A DNA stretch of 64,000 nt from Candidatus Omnitrophota bacterium (GTDB taxonomy: Bacteria > Omnitrophota > Gorgyraeia > JAGLLT01), in the NCBI GenBank assembly GCA_023140385.1, contig JAGLLT010000018.1, positions 6,071 to 70,070 of the forward strand. Reading direction: 5' to 3'. Shown here one piece after another: positions 1 through 10,155 of this stretch. Each line of letters opens with the position of its first letter. Position 1 is the stretch's first letter. The position numbers were made by a program, and so were the translations under genes. The notes beneath the pieces are model-generated. The model saw only the letters and a list, made by a program, of their open reading frames with translations. It had not been told where the DNA came from and made no database searches.

Positions 1-996
<996 letters not shown>

Positions 997-1012
<16 letters not shown>

Positions 1013-2529
1013 CGAACAAAAAAGGAATAGTTCTATCTTTTGCCTCCGGCATCCTCCTCTCTTTATCATTTCTGAATTTTGGATTAGATTGGTTTGTCTG
1101 GTTTGGATTGGTACCGCTTCTTATAGTTATCGAAAGAGAGGACAACTATAAGTTCCTCCTGAAGAAGTCGGCCTTGTGCGGTATAGTTTTTTTTGGAGCC
1201 GGCCTTTACTGGCTCTATTTTACTACCGCCTTCGGCCTGATAATAGTTACGCTTTACACCGCCTCCTATGTTGTTCTCTTTAGTCTTTTACTAAAATTCA
1301 TCAACAATAGAAAAGCATTAAGTCCCTTAAAGCGACTATTTCTTATACCTTCTTTGTGGATCTTGACAGAGTATGCCCGCGGCCACCTTTTTACCGGGTT
1401 TGGCTGGGCGGCTTTGGGTTACTCTCAATATGAAAACCTAAAGCTGATTCAGATTGCCGATTTTTGCGGTGTCTATGGGGTATCTTTTCTTATCGTGTTG
1501 GTTAACGCGGCTATCGCTGAAGTAGTCATTAATATCCGCCCGCTTTTTTTATTTAACAAAAAGGTTTTAATAAGAACGTGTGGTGTAGTTTTTATGGCCC
1601 TTTCTCTTGTTCTGTTGGTTTATATTTACGGGGATATTAAATTAAACACAACTGCTCCACCCGAAGAAGAAGTTAAGATATCGATTATTCAGGGCAACAT
1701 CAAACAGTCGCAAAAGTGGCACCCGTTTTACAAAAGCCTGATATTGAAAAAATATAAGATGCTGACAAAGATGGCCTCTTTTGACGAACCGGATATCATC
1801 ATCTGGCCGGAGACGTCTCTGCCGGGGTACCTTGATGAGTCCGAGCTTTTTAAAGAGATAAAAGAGCTTGCGCGGGATATAGAAATACCTCTGCTTATCG
1901 GGGCGGCAAGGATAGATAGCTGTGAGCAAAAGTATTATAACAGCGCGGTTTTATTTTCTAAAAAAGGAAGCCTGCTTAATGTTTATGATAAGATTCATCT
2001 TGTGCCCTTTGGAGAGTACATACCCTTTGATTTTATCTTCGGTTTTTTGAGAAATTACGCTGAGATAGCCGATTTTTCCAGAGGGGAAATTCATACTATA
2101 TTCGACGTGAAGCGGGTGGATTTCGGTGTTTTAATCTGCTTTGAAGATATATTTCCCGGCCTGGTCAGAACCTTTGTTGCCCGTGGAGCTGACTTTATGG
2201 TGAACATAACCAATGACGCATGGTTCTTGAAGTCAAGCGAGCCCTACCAGCACCTTTCAAACTCAGTATTCAGGGCCGTCGAAAACAGAATTAATGTAGT
2301 CAGGGCGGCTAATACAGGCATATCATGTTTTATCGACCCCTACGGCAGGATAACCGGCAAGGTTTCCTCTAAAGGCGAAGACATCTTTGTCGAGGGCTAT
2401 AGAACAGAAACGATTAAAATCAACAGAATCAACTCTTTCTATAGCCGCTTCGGAGACGTATTTATCCTAATAGCCTTAATTACAGCGACAGGCTGCGTCC
2501 TCGGGGCAGGCATAAAAAAAACTTTTTAG
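997..2529 (+). CDS. lnt: Apolipoprotein N-acyltransferase
   Basis: 510 aa. The N-terminal half is multi-TM. The C-terminal half is a CN-hydrolase (nitrilase-type) domain with the ICFEDIFPG motif. This is the typical Lnt architecture. It overlaps the secA stop by 16 nt. Confidence 0.8.
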
Positions 2530-2545
2530 AAAACTGTTTTCATTT

Positions 2546-2625
2546 GATAAGATTAAGAGGTTGTTTTATGATTTAAAACAAAGGTGTAGTCAAGTCGAGA
2601 CTTGACCCCTTATTTGACCCCTTAT
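2546..2625 (+). repeat. Repeat copy 1 (about 80 bp) containing the 18-bp perfect palindrome GTCAAGTCGAGACTTGAC (2589-2606), followed by tandem GACCCCTTATT
   Basis: Near-identical sequence recurs at 3825-3895 and 3899-3945. A degenerate inverted copy lies at 5431-5456. Seen directly in the sequence. Confidence 0.8.
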
Positions 2626-2701
2626 TCCGCATGCTAATCAAACAATTACTTGTGATTAGAAATTAATTGATACTAAATTACTAAAATGGTATAATTAAAC
2701 T

Positions 2702-3010
2702 ATGATTAAGAATAAAAATGATATTATATCGGTAATTAAAAAACGTCGAAACGAGATTGAATCTTTTGGGGTTAAAAGGTTGGGTCTGTTTGGCTCCTTT
2801 GTCCGGCAGGAACAAGATTCGCAAAGTGATATAGATCTACTTGTGGAATTCGAACAAGATAAAAAAACTTTTGATAATTTTATACACCTTTCATTCTTAT
2901 TGGAAAATCTGCTTGAACATCATATAGAATTGGTTACTCCTGAATCACTAAGCCCTTACATTAAACCACATATTGTAAAAGAGGTTGAGTATGTTATTTC
3001 CCGGCTCTGA
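2702..3010 (+). CDS. MntA-like minimal nucleotidyltransferase (antitoxin-type NTase)
   Basis: 102 aa. It carries the GLFGSFVRQEQDSQSDIDLLVEF motif (GSxxRGxxxxxSDxD) typical of Pol-beta-superfamily minimal NTases that pair with HepT. Confidence 0.7.
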   Translation: MIKNKNDIISVIKKRRNEIESFGVKRLGLFGSFVRQEQDSQSDIDLLVEFEQDKKTFDNFIHLSFLLENLLEHHIELVTPESLSPYIKPHIVKEVEYVISRL

Positions 3011-3203
3011 ATGCTTAAGCCATATTCTTGATGAGACAAAATACCTTATAACTCAGACGAAAGGCCTTGAACAATCCGGTTTTGCTGAAAACGAAACATT
3101 GCAAAGAGCTTTTGCGCGTAGTATAGAAATAATCGAAGAAGCCACAAAGAAAATCCCTCCACTCCACCAAGAAATCAAAAAGATTATTGATAAAGAAAAA
3201 TAA
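2985..3203 (+). pseudogene. HepT-like (DUF86) toxin gene, apparently 3'-truncated
   Basis: 72 aa. It overlaps the NTase gene by 26 nt, as in MntA/HepT pairs. The N-terminal region resembles HepT. The ORF stops before the region that normally carries the Rx4HxY catalytic motif. No alternative frame restores that motif downstream. Confidence 0.45.
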
Positions 3204-3428
3204 AAAACACATAACACCCATAATGCCCCGCTTATCAAGGGAAAAGATTTCCCCGGACAAGATTCTTAAAAATCCTTTAGAGTTGTAAAAATGAAGTTAT
3301 TTCATTTAGTTAAAGTGTTGGTTCATTCCAACCCTTTTAGGAAAGTTTAACAAAACTTAGCCCGCAAGAGGGCCTTAATTATTATCAAGACACTACAGCT
3401 GACCGTAGCCCGCGCCGAAAAGGCGCGT

Positions 3429-3707
3429 GTGCTGGTAGGTGATGTCAATGTTGGAAGAAAGATTTCTGAAATGAATAATGCGATTGAACGGAACCTTGGA
3501 GAGCAACCCATCACACGAATTATGGCGGGCCATGGTATTAAAGCACAGAACCTTGTCGCTATCTCAACTGAACAGATCACTCACAAGATGGTATCCCGGG
3601 CGTGCAAAGGTAGAAGGTTAACACCTGGCTCCCAATCCAAGATTCGCAACGCGTTGAATAAGTCCACGGGCAAAAAGTATTCTATGAAGGAACTGTTTAC
3701 CTATTAA
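3429..3707 (+). CDS. Hypothetical small ORF (92 aa, GTG start) in a locally GC-richer segment; no family recognised
   Basis: Open frame only. It is preceded by the hairpin CGCGCCGAAAAGGCGCG (3411-3427). It could be a remnant of a mobile-element gene or non-coding. Confidence 0.2.
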   Translation: MLVGDVNVGRKISEMNNAIERNLGEQPITRIMAGHGIKAQNLVAISTEQITHKMVSRACKGRRLTPGSQSKIRNALNKSTGKKYSMKELFTY

Positions 3708-3754
3708 CTTGTGCTATGAATGTTATAAGGAAAGACCTGTGGATGGGAAAAAAG

Positions 3755-3822
3755 ATTGAATATAAAGCAAGGCATTAAGGTCAAGATAGTATTAAAACAA
3801 GACCAAAAAAGTGGTAAATTAA
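3755..3822 (+). repeat. 68-bp duplicate of the 5' coding end of the YwbE-like gene (identical to 5583-5649); a start-less gene fragment
   Basis: Exact match to 5583-5649, read directly. In this upstream copy the reading frame has no start codon and is closed by an upstream stop. Confidence 0.85.
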
Positions 3823-3824
3823 TA

Positions 3825-3945
3825 ATAAGATTAAGAAGTTGTTTTTTGATTTAAAACAAAGGTGTAGTCAAGTCGAGACTTGACCCCTTATTTTAAATAA
3901 AACAAAGGTGTAGTCAAGTCGAGACTTGACCCCTTATTTTAATAA
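3825..3945 (+). repeat. Repeat copies 2 and 3 (tandem), each with the GTCAAGTCGAGACTTGAC palindrome (3867-3884 and 3913-3930)
   Basis: The flank ATAAGATTAAGAAGTTGTTTTTTGATTTAAAACAAAGGTGTAGTCAAGTCGAGACTTGACCCCTTATTTT matches copy 1 with 3 differences. A tandem copy of the ~46-bp core follows immediately. Confidence 0.8.
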
Positions 3946-3954
3946 AAGGACACG

Positions 3955-5427
3955 ATGAAAAATAAAATTTCTATTATAACTCTTGGCAGTGCCTTAGTAA
4001 CGGGTATTTTATTTAATCATTTGTTTTATGGTAAGGTGCCCGGTATATCCTTTGCGATCTTTTTTTATTTTACTTTGGCATGTATTGTAGTTTTTGCACG
4101 ATTTTCAAAGTGCTCTTTCAATCCGCCACAAATTCTCATGATGGGCGGTGTGTTGATTTTCTCGTTTTTCTTTTGTTATCGTGCGGCTCCGGAATTAGTG
4201 CTCATTAATTTTTGTTTGACAATCTATTTTTTTACATTGGTTTTCTCAAATCATCTGACGGGCAGGTCGATAAAAGGCCAAAATTTTATTGATTATTTCT
4301 TCCTGCCTTTCAGATTTTTTATCAGATCATATAGTTATGGAGGAAAAGAAGTTTTAAATAAGTGTCGGGTGCGAAATGAGACTCACTTAAGCATTGCGAA
4401 AAGGTTCCTTATTGGTTTATTGATTGCCATACCGCTTCTTCTATTAATTAGCTTGCTAATGAGTAGCGCTGATCAGATTTTTAAGAAATTAGCAGATTCT
4501 TTCTGGGAGTTTTTCAGAGAATATCTACTGGAAGGAATTGGACGCGGGATCCTTATTCTTATCGTTACGGTTCTTTATGCAGGAATTTATTCTTGGAAGT
4601 ACAGAAAGGGAGAGGAGGATGTAAAAAGATTTGTTACAACCCCCTCTAAGCAACGGGGTTTTGTGGAAGGCACTGTTATTATAACTCTCCTGAATGTTCT
4701 TTTTTTGATATTTACGGGTATACAAGTAATTTTTTTATTGGGGAAAGAAGAACAAATTACACGTTTAGGTGTTACTTATTCGGTATATGCCAGGCAGGGG
4801 TTCTGGCAAATGGTCTGCATAGCTATTATAGTTTTAATTATATCAATTTTATTAGAGGGAAAGATGGGTCGAAATACGGATAAGCAAAGACGTATTCATA
4901 AAATCAATCTTTGTTTAACCAGTTTAATGATGACGGTGGTTATGATTTCTGCCTTTTATCGTCTTTGGTTATATGAGCAAAGTTATGGGTTTACTGTTTT
5001 GCGGTTTTATAGTCATACATTTATTATCTATGTTGCTGCCGTCTTTGTAATTTTAAGTACAAAAATATTAAAAGAGCATAGTTCACAGAAATTTTTATTT
5101 AATAGTTTTGTTGCCACGCTTCTCCTTTTTGTTTTTTGGAATGTTTCGAACCCTCATTACTTTATTGCTTCAATCAATTTAAATCGTCATAAGACAAGTG
5201 TAAGAGAACTCGATATTTCATATCTTAATCAACTCTCGGATGATGCAATACCGGCTATAACATCTGCATTAAATGAAGAGCGGGATGATCCAGCATATGA
5301 AAAATTAAGAGAGCATCTTATTAAGAGGAGAGTTAAAATTCAAAAAAGGATTGAGAATAAGACTTTGCTTTCTCAAAATATAGCAACACTTAAAGCTTTG
5401 ACGGAGATAGATCGTATATTGAAATAG
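3955..5427 (+). CDS. Polytopic integral membrane protein of unknown function (about 10 predicted TM segments; DUF4153/DUF4173-like is a guess)
   Basis: 490 aa and very hydrophobic, with a charged coiled C-terminal tail. It is bracketed by repeat copy 3 (ends 3945) and the inverted degenerate copy (5431-5456). Confidence 0.5.
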   Translation: MKNKISIITLGSALVTGILFNHLFYGKVPGISFAIFFYFTLACIVVFARFSKCSFNPPQILMMGGVLIFSFFFCYRAAPELVLINFCLTIYFFTLVFSNHLTGRSIKGQNFIDYFFLPFRFFIRSYSYGGKEVLNKCRVRNETHLSIAKRFLIGLLIAIPLLLLISLLMSSADQIFKKLADSFWEFFREYLLEGIGRGILILIVTVLYAGIYSWKYRKGEEDVKRFVTTPSKQRGFVEGTVIITLLNVLFLIFTGIQVIFLLGKEEQITRLGVTYSVYARQGFWQMVCIAIIVLIISILLEGKMGRNTDKQRRIHKINLCLTSLMMTVVMISAFYRLWLYEQSYGFTVLRFYSHTFIIYVAAVFVILSTKILKEHSSQKFLFNSFVATLLLFVFWNVSNPHYFIASINLNRHKTSVRELDISYLNQLSDDAIPAITSALNEERDDPAYEKLREHLIKRRVKIQKRIENKTLLSQNIATLKALTEIDRILK

Positions 5428-5430
5428 TTT

Positions 5431-5456
5431 AAGGGGTTAAGTCTTGGCTTGACTAC
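5431..5456 (-). repeat. Degenerate inverted copy of the palindromic repeat core
   Basis: The reverse complement GTAGTCAAGCCAAGACTTAACCCCTT matches GTAGTCAAGTCGAGACTTGACCCCTT at 23 of 26 positions. Confidence 0.6.
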
Positions 5457-5565
5457 ATGTTGATAGTTTGACATAATCCGTCCAATATTGATTAAATGTA
5501 CCTAAAATAAATAATCAAAAAAAACAAATGGCCAGACCACTGGGTATATTATTTGAAGGAGCATA

Positions 5566-5760
5566 TTGTCACATTATAAATTATTGAATATAAAGCAAGG
5601 CATTAAGGTCAAGATAGTATTAAAACAAGACCAAAAAAGTGGTAAATTAACCGAAGGAATTGTTAAAGATATCTTAACAAAGTCTCCTTCACATCCTCAC
5701 GGCATAAAGATAAGATTGACTAGTGGAGAAGTGGGACGAGTTAAAGAGATATGCGGATGA
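5566..5760 (+). CDS. Small YwbE-like protein (DUF2196-like)
   Basis: 64 aa. The pattern KQGIKVKIVLKQDQKSGKLTEG...GIKIRL.SGEVGRV is typical of the YwbE family. Its first about 68 nt are duplicated at 3755-3822. Confidence 0.5.
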   Translation: MSHYKLLNIKQGIKVKIVLKQDQKSGKLTEGIVKDILTKSPSHPHGIKIRLTSGEVGRVKEICG

Positions 5761-5902
5761 CAAAAAAGAGATAGCTTGACATTTACAATTATTTATCTAA
5801 CCGCTTACTATATTAGAAAAATATAGAAAATAGCAACCAGCCATCCCTTTACGCAGAAACGCGCATTCCTTATTTTCTGAGGGAAGTACGCCCGCATTAG
5901 TG

Positions 5903-5931
5903 TTGACACTTACCTTATTATAATATATAAT
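5903..5931 (+). promoter_or_regulatory. Sigma70-type promoter TTGACA-17-TATAAT upstream of lysS
   Basis: TTGACA at 5903-5908, a 17-nt spacer, TATAAT at 5926-5931. The RBS AAGGAGGGG lies at 5939-5947 and the ATG at 5957. Confidence 0.6.
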
Positions 5932-5956
5932 CACCAGTAAGGAGGGGTTTATTTGA

Positions 5957-7402
5957 ATGGAAAATTTGAACGAGATTATTCGGCAAAGAATAAATAAATT
6001 AAAAGAGATTAAAGAAAAAAATATTGATCCTTACGGCCGTAAGTTTGAGCGTAGCCACAGTATTAACGAAGCTGTGAACTCTTTTGATGAAACAAAAGAG
6101 GTAATCGTAAAGACAGCCGGCAGGATTAGAGCCTTAAGGGGCCACGGCAAAAGCTCCTTTTTGGATATTAGAGATGAGGATGGAAAAATTCAGCTCTACG
6201 TTAAGAAGGGGCTGATTAGTGAAGATGAGTACTGGCTTTTTGAGAGGCTGGATATCGGCGATATCATCGGGATTGAAGGCAGGCTTTTTAAGACCAGAAG
6301 CGGCGAAGTTACTATCGAGGTTAAATCTTTGACGCTTCTTTCTAAGTCATTAAGGCCTCTTCCTGAGAAGTGGCACGGCCTGAAGGATGTTGAAGCCAGA
6401 TACAGACAGCGTTATCTTGATTTGATTTCCAATGAGGAAGTAAGAAAAACCTTTAAGTTAAGAACGCGGATTGTCAGTAAGATAAAGGAGTTTTTAGACA
6501 AAAAGGGTTATCTTGAAGTAGAGACGCCTATGATGCATATTGTGCCGGGTGGAGCCGCCGGCAGGCCCTTCAAGACTCACCATAACGTCTATGATATTGA
6601 TTTGTACTTAAGAATCGCGCCTGAGCTGTACCTGAAAAAGCTGTTGGTAGGAGGCTTTGAAAAAATTTATGAGATTAATCGCTCCTTTAGAAACGAGGGC
6701 ATCTCTGTAAAACATAATCCGGAGTTTACTATGCTGGAGGTTTATCAGGCCTACGGGGACTATGAAGAGATGATGGACTTAATCGAGGAGTTGGTTACTT
6801 ATGTGGCTCAGGAGGTGCTGGGAACACTGAAGATTACTTATCAAGGGGAGGAGATTGATTTAAAGCGTCCGTGGAAGAGGCAGTCTTTTGCCGAGGCGCT
6901 GGGAATCAGCCCGGAAGAAAAGGATCCGGCCGCCTGGAAAAAGATTTTATGCGCAAAGTTTGGCCTTGATATAAATGAAAAGATAAGCCGATCAGCCCTT
7001 TTAAATGTGGCGGAAGATTTGCTTGATGAAAAGGAAAAGAATAATCCGACCTTCTTTACCGACTATTTTACCGAGGTAAGCCCTTTAGCCAAGACGAGAA
7101 AAGACAGGCCTCTTCTGGCTGAAAGATTTGAACTTTTTGTCGGGGGGATGGAGATAGCCAATGCTTATTCGGAGCTCAATGATCCGCTTGAACAGGCCGA
7201 GCGCATAAGAGTTCAGCAGGAGGATGACGAAGAAAGACTGCATAAAATTGATAAAGACTTTATCACCGCCCTCGAGTATGGCATGCCTCCCGCGGGAGGC
7301 CTGGGCATAGGCATTGACAGGCTGGTGATGCTTTTGGCCGACAAAGCTTCTATTAGAGAGGTGATTTTATTTCCCCAGTTAAAACCGGAAAAACAGGATT
7401 AA
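5957..7402 (+). CDS. lysS: Lysine--tRNA ligase (class II)
   Basis: 481 aa. N-terminal OB-fold anticodon-binding domain plus class II catalytic core (FRNEG motif, GGAAGRPF, GLGIGIDRLVMLL). Confidence 0.93.
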   Translation: MENLNEIIRQRINKLKEIKEKNIDPYGRKFERSHSINEAVNSFDETKEVIVKTAGRIRALRGHGKSSFLDIRDEDGKIQLYVKKGLISEDEYWLFERLDIGDIIGIEGRLFKTRSGEVTIEVKSLTLLSKSLRPLPEKWHGLKDVEARYRQRYLDLISNEEVRKTFKLRTRIVSKIKEFLDKKGYLEVETPMMHIVPGGAAGRPFKTHHNVYDIDLYLRIAPELYLKKLLVGGFEKIYEINRSFRNEGISVKHNPEFTMLEVYQAYGDYEEMMDLIEELVTYVAQEVLGTLKITYQGEEIDLKRPWKRQSFAEALGISPEEKDPAAWKKILCAKFGLDINEKISRSALLNVAEDLLDEKEKNNPTFFTDYFTEVSPLAKTRKDRPLLAERFELFVGGMEIANAYSELNDPLEQAERIRVQQEDDEERLHKIDKDFITALEYGMPPAGGLGIGIDRLVMLLADKASIREVILFPQLKPEKQD

Positions 7403-8584
7403 ATGAGATTTGAATTAGGTGTTGCTTTACGTTATTTGAGGTCGGGGCATAAGAGTAAATTTATCTCTGCCGTTACTATTTTTTCCGTGCTTGGAGTCGC
7501 GGTAGGGGTTATGGCCTTAATAATTGTCCTGGCGGTGATGAGCGGTTTTGATAATGACTTGAGGGAAAAGATTGTGGGGGTCAACCCCCAGGTTTATGTT
7601 CAGGCGGCAGAAGGAATCACTTTTCCTTATGAAGTTATTAAAGAGATAAAGGATATTGAACACGTAGTAGCAGCCAGCCCTTTTATCGAAGGACAGGCGC
7701 TTCTTTTTAAGAATAAATACGCCCAGGGCGTAATGATGAGGGGCATTAACTCTCAACTGGAACCGGAGGTAACAAGGCTAAGGGAGTATTTAATCGCGGG
7801 ATACCTGCCTGAGGCCGAAAACAGCATCCTTGTCGGAAAGGAGCTGGCCAGAACATTTAATCTGGGCGTTGGCAGTATTATTACGGTGGTCTCTCCGGTA
7901 AAGGAGAAGAAGTATAAATTTACAGTCTGCGGCATCTTTAATACCGGTATGTATGACTATGATGCCAGCTGGACTTATATAAGTCTTTCCGACGCCGGAA
8001 CATTCTTTGATACTGATGGCGCGGTAAGCGCGGTGGGTGTTAAGATTGATGACTTGTTTAAGGCGGAAGAGGTTAAAAAAGACATTTTAAAAAAACTGGG
8101 GTATTCTTATTGGGTAAGGACCTGGATGGAGGTTAACCGTAGTTTTTTTTCATCTCTTAAGCTGGAAAAGACGGTGATGTTTATCATTGTGGCCTTGATT
8201 GTAATGGTGGCTTCTTTTAACATTATCAGTACATTGATAATGATGGTGATGGAAAAGACAAAAGATATAGGCATCCTGAAATCACTTGGAGCCAGTAGAA
8301 TAAGCATCGCGCTTATATTTACTTTTTGCGGAGTAATTATTGGAACCCTGGGAACGGTTGTAGGGGCGGGGAGCGGATTTTTGGCCTGCCATCTGCTTGA
8401 AAAGTATGAGTTTATTAAACTACCGGCCGATATTTATTATGTCTCGACCCTGCCGGTTCAGATACAATGGAACGATTCAATACTAATTGCCGTTTCCGCG
8501 GTGGCACTGTCATTTTTAGCTACCCTGTACCCCGCTTATCAGGCGGCCGGGCTTAATCCGGTTGAGGCGTTAAGGTATGAATAA
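7403..8584 (+). CDS. lolC: Lipoprotein-releasing system permease LolC/LolE family (FtsX domain with MacB-like periplasmic domain)
   Basis: 393 aa. One N-terminal TM, a large periplasmic domain, three C-terminal TM segments. Adjacent to an ABC ATPase and near lnt. Confidence 0.65.
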   Translation: MRFELGVALRYLRSGHKSKFISAVTIFSVLGVAVGVMALIIVLAVMSGFDNDLREKIVGVNPQVYVQAAEGITFPYEVIKEIKDIEHVVAASPFIEGQALLFKNKYAQGVMMRGINSQLEPEVTRLREYLIAGYLPEAENSILVGKELARTFNLGVGSIITVVSPVKEKKYKFTVCGIFNTGMYDYDASWTYISLSDAGTFFDTDGAVSAVGVKIDDLFKAEEVKKDILKKLGYSYWVRTWMEVNRSFFSSLKLEKTVMFIIVALIVMVASFNIISTLIMMVMEKTKDIGILKSLGASRISIALIFTFCGVIIGTLGTVVGAGSGFLACHLLEKYEFIKLPADIYYVSTLPVQIQWNDSILIAVSAVALSFLATLYPAYQAAGLNPVEALRYE

Positions 8585-9269
8585 TCTTATTTTAAAAGCC
8601 TATAACCTGCACAAAAGATATCCCAGCGGATACGAAAAATTAGACGTTCTTAAAGGCCTTGATATAGAAATTTCAAAGGGAGAAATCCTGATGGTTATGG
8701 GCCGCTCCGGAGCCGGGAAATCTACCCTGCTTCATATTTTGGGCGGGCTGGATTTTCCTTCCGAGGGCAGGGTTTTAATGAACGACGTAGACATTTATAA
8801 ATTAAACGACAGCAAAAGAGCTTCTTTGCGGAATGAAAAGATTGGCTTTATATTTCAGTTTTTTCACCTTTTGCCGGAGTTTACGGCGCTGGAAAATGTA
8901 ATGCTGCCGGCGGTTATTAATAAAGCAAGAAGGGCGGGCAGAAAAGGCCTTCGTAAAAGGGCAAGCCGCTTAATTGAACAGGTAGGTTTATCGGAAAGGG
9001 CTAATCACAGGCCGGGTGAGCTCTCAGGCGGCGAGCAGCAGAGGGTTGCTGTAGCGCGGGCTCTGATAAATGAACCCGAACTTGTGCTATGCGATGAGCC
9101 TACGGGAAATCTGGACTCAGAGAACTCGGGCAGGCTGGTTGATTTACTGAAGGAACTAAATAACAAAAATAAACAAACCTTTATGATTGTCAGCCACGAT
9201 GAGACAATAAGTGAGGCGGCTCACAGGGTTGTTAAAATTGAAGACGGCAGGATTATCGGAAGGAGCTGA
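8577..9269 (+). CDS. lolD: Lipoprotein-releasing system ATP-binding protein LolD (ABC ATPase)
   Basis: Walker [10 protein letters not shown], signature [15 protein letters not shown], Walker [13 protein letters not shown]. It overlaps the permease gene by 8 nt. Confidence 0.7.
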   Translation: MNNLILKAYNLHKRYPSGYEKLDVLKGLDIEISKGEILMVMGRSGAGKSTLLHILGGLDFPSEGRVLMNDVDIYKLNDSKRASLRNEKIGFIFQFFHLLPEFTALENVMLPAVINKARRAGRKGLRKRASRLIEQVGLSERANHRPGELSGGEQQRVAVARALINEPELVLCDEPTGNLDSENSGRLVDLLKELNNKNKQTFMIVSHDETISEAAHRVVKIEDGRIIGRS

Positions 9270-9276
9270 AGAGGAG

Positions 9277-10155
9277 ATGGGCTTAAAGATATTTTTAGAT
9301 GGTAAAATAGTTGATGAAAAGGATGCTAAAATTTCCGTTTTTGACCACGGACTATTATATGGAGATGGAGTTTTTGAAGGTATTCGTTCTTATGACTGTT
9401 TAATTTTTAAGTTAGAAGAGCACATTGAAAGGCTGTTCAGATCAGCCGAGAGTATAAGTCTTCAGATTTCAATGAGTAAAGAAGAAATCCAACAAGCCAT
9501 CATTGATACATTAAAGGCGAACGGAATAAGAGACGGGTATATCAGGCTGGTTGTAACCAGGGGAATGGGTGATTTGGGCCTTGATCCCCAAAAGTGCGAG
9601 AAGCCATCAATGTTTATAATTGCCGACCGCATCGCGCTTTACCCTGAAGAGTATTATATTAAAGGACTTAAAATTATTATAGCTAAAACAAAAAGAAACA
9701 GCGTAAAATCTTTACCGCCCAAGGTGAAGTCTTTAAACTACCTAAACAATATCCTGGCGAGGATGGAGGCTACTCAAGCCGGAGTTGTAGAGGCCTTAAT
9801 GCTAAACGAGGAGGGTTATCTCGCGGAATGTACAGGAGATAACGTCTTTATCGTTAAGGACAATGAACTTATTACTCCCGCTGTAGAGGCGGGCGCGCTG
9901 GAGGGTATTACGCGTGAGATAGTTATGGGCATAGCCCGCGATAAAGGTATTCGAACCGAAGAGAAGTTTATAAGGACAGAAGAGTTGTTTAAAGCGGATG
10001 AAGTTTTTTTGACCGGAACGGCGGCTGAGATTATTCCTGTTACCGAGGTAGATGGTAAGGTGGTAGGCAGCGGCGGCGCGGGTAAGCTAACGGTTGATTT
10101 TATAAATGAGTTTAGGAATCTGATTAAAACAGAAGGAGTTAAATATGCTTTGTGA
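9277..10155 (+). CDS. ilvE: Class IV (fold-type IV) PLP aminotransferase, branched-chain amino acid or D-amino acid type
   Basis: HGLLYGDGVFEGIR and E.TxxNvF...EaG.leGITR motifs. ATG at 9277 with RBS GAGGAG. The longer listed ORF (from 9211) overlaps lolD. Confidence 0.7.
   Translation: MGLKIFLDGKIVDEKDAKISVFDHGLLYGDGVFEGIRSYDCLIFKLEEHIERLFRSAESISLQISMSKEEIQQAIIDTLKANGIRDGYIRLVVTRGMGDLGLDPQKCEKPSMFIIADRIALYPEEYYIKGLKIIIAKTKRNSVKSLPPKVKSLNYLNNILARMEATQAGVVEALMLNEEGYLAECTGDNVFIVKDNELITPAVEAGALEGITREIVMGIARDKGIRTEEKFIRTEELFKADEVFLTGTAAEIIPVTEVDGKVVGSGGAGKLTVDFINEFRNLIKTEGVKYAL

Noticed and set aside
3741-3822. ATG GGA AAA AAG ... mini-ORF and the gene fragment as a functional second copy of the YwbE-like gene
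   Set aside because: In the frame that matches the intact gene there is no start codon after an upstream stop. The ATG-containing frame terminates after 11 codons. It is treated as a fragment, not a gene.
2546-3945. Possibility that the repeated palindromic elements form a CRISPR array
   Set aside because: There are only three direct copies with irregular spacing (about 1.2 kb, then tandem). Whole genes lie between them, and there are no cas genes. The pattern fits a MITE or REP-like repeat family better.
5776-5810. TTGACA hexamer upstream of lysS as a second promoter
   Set aside because: No acceptable -10 hexamer lies at 16-19 nt spacing. The TTGACA-17-TATAAT promoter at 5903-5931 is a much better candidate.
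9211-9276. Extended N-terminus of the aminotransferase ORF overlapping lolD
   Set aside because: The aminotransferase family alignment starts near MGLKIFLDGK. There is an ATG with GAGGAG RBS at 9277. The upstream extension lies in the lolD coding region in another frame.
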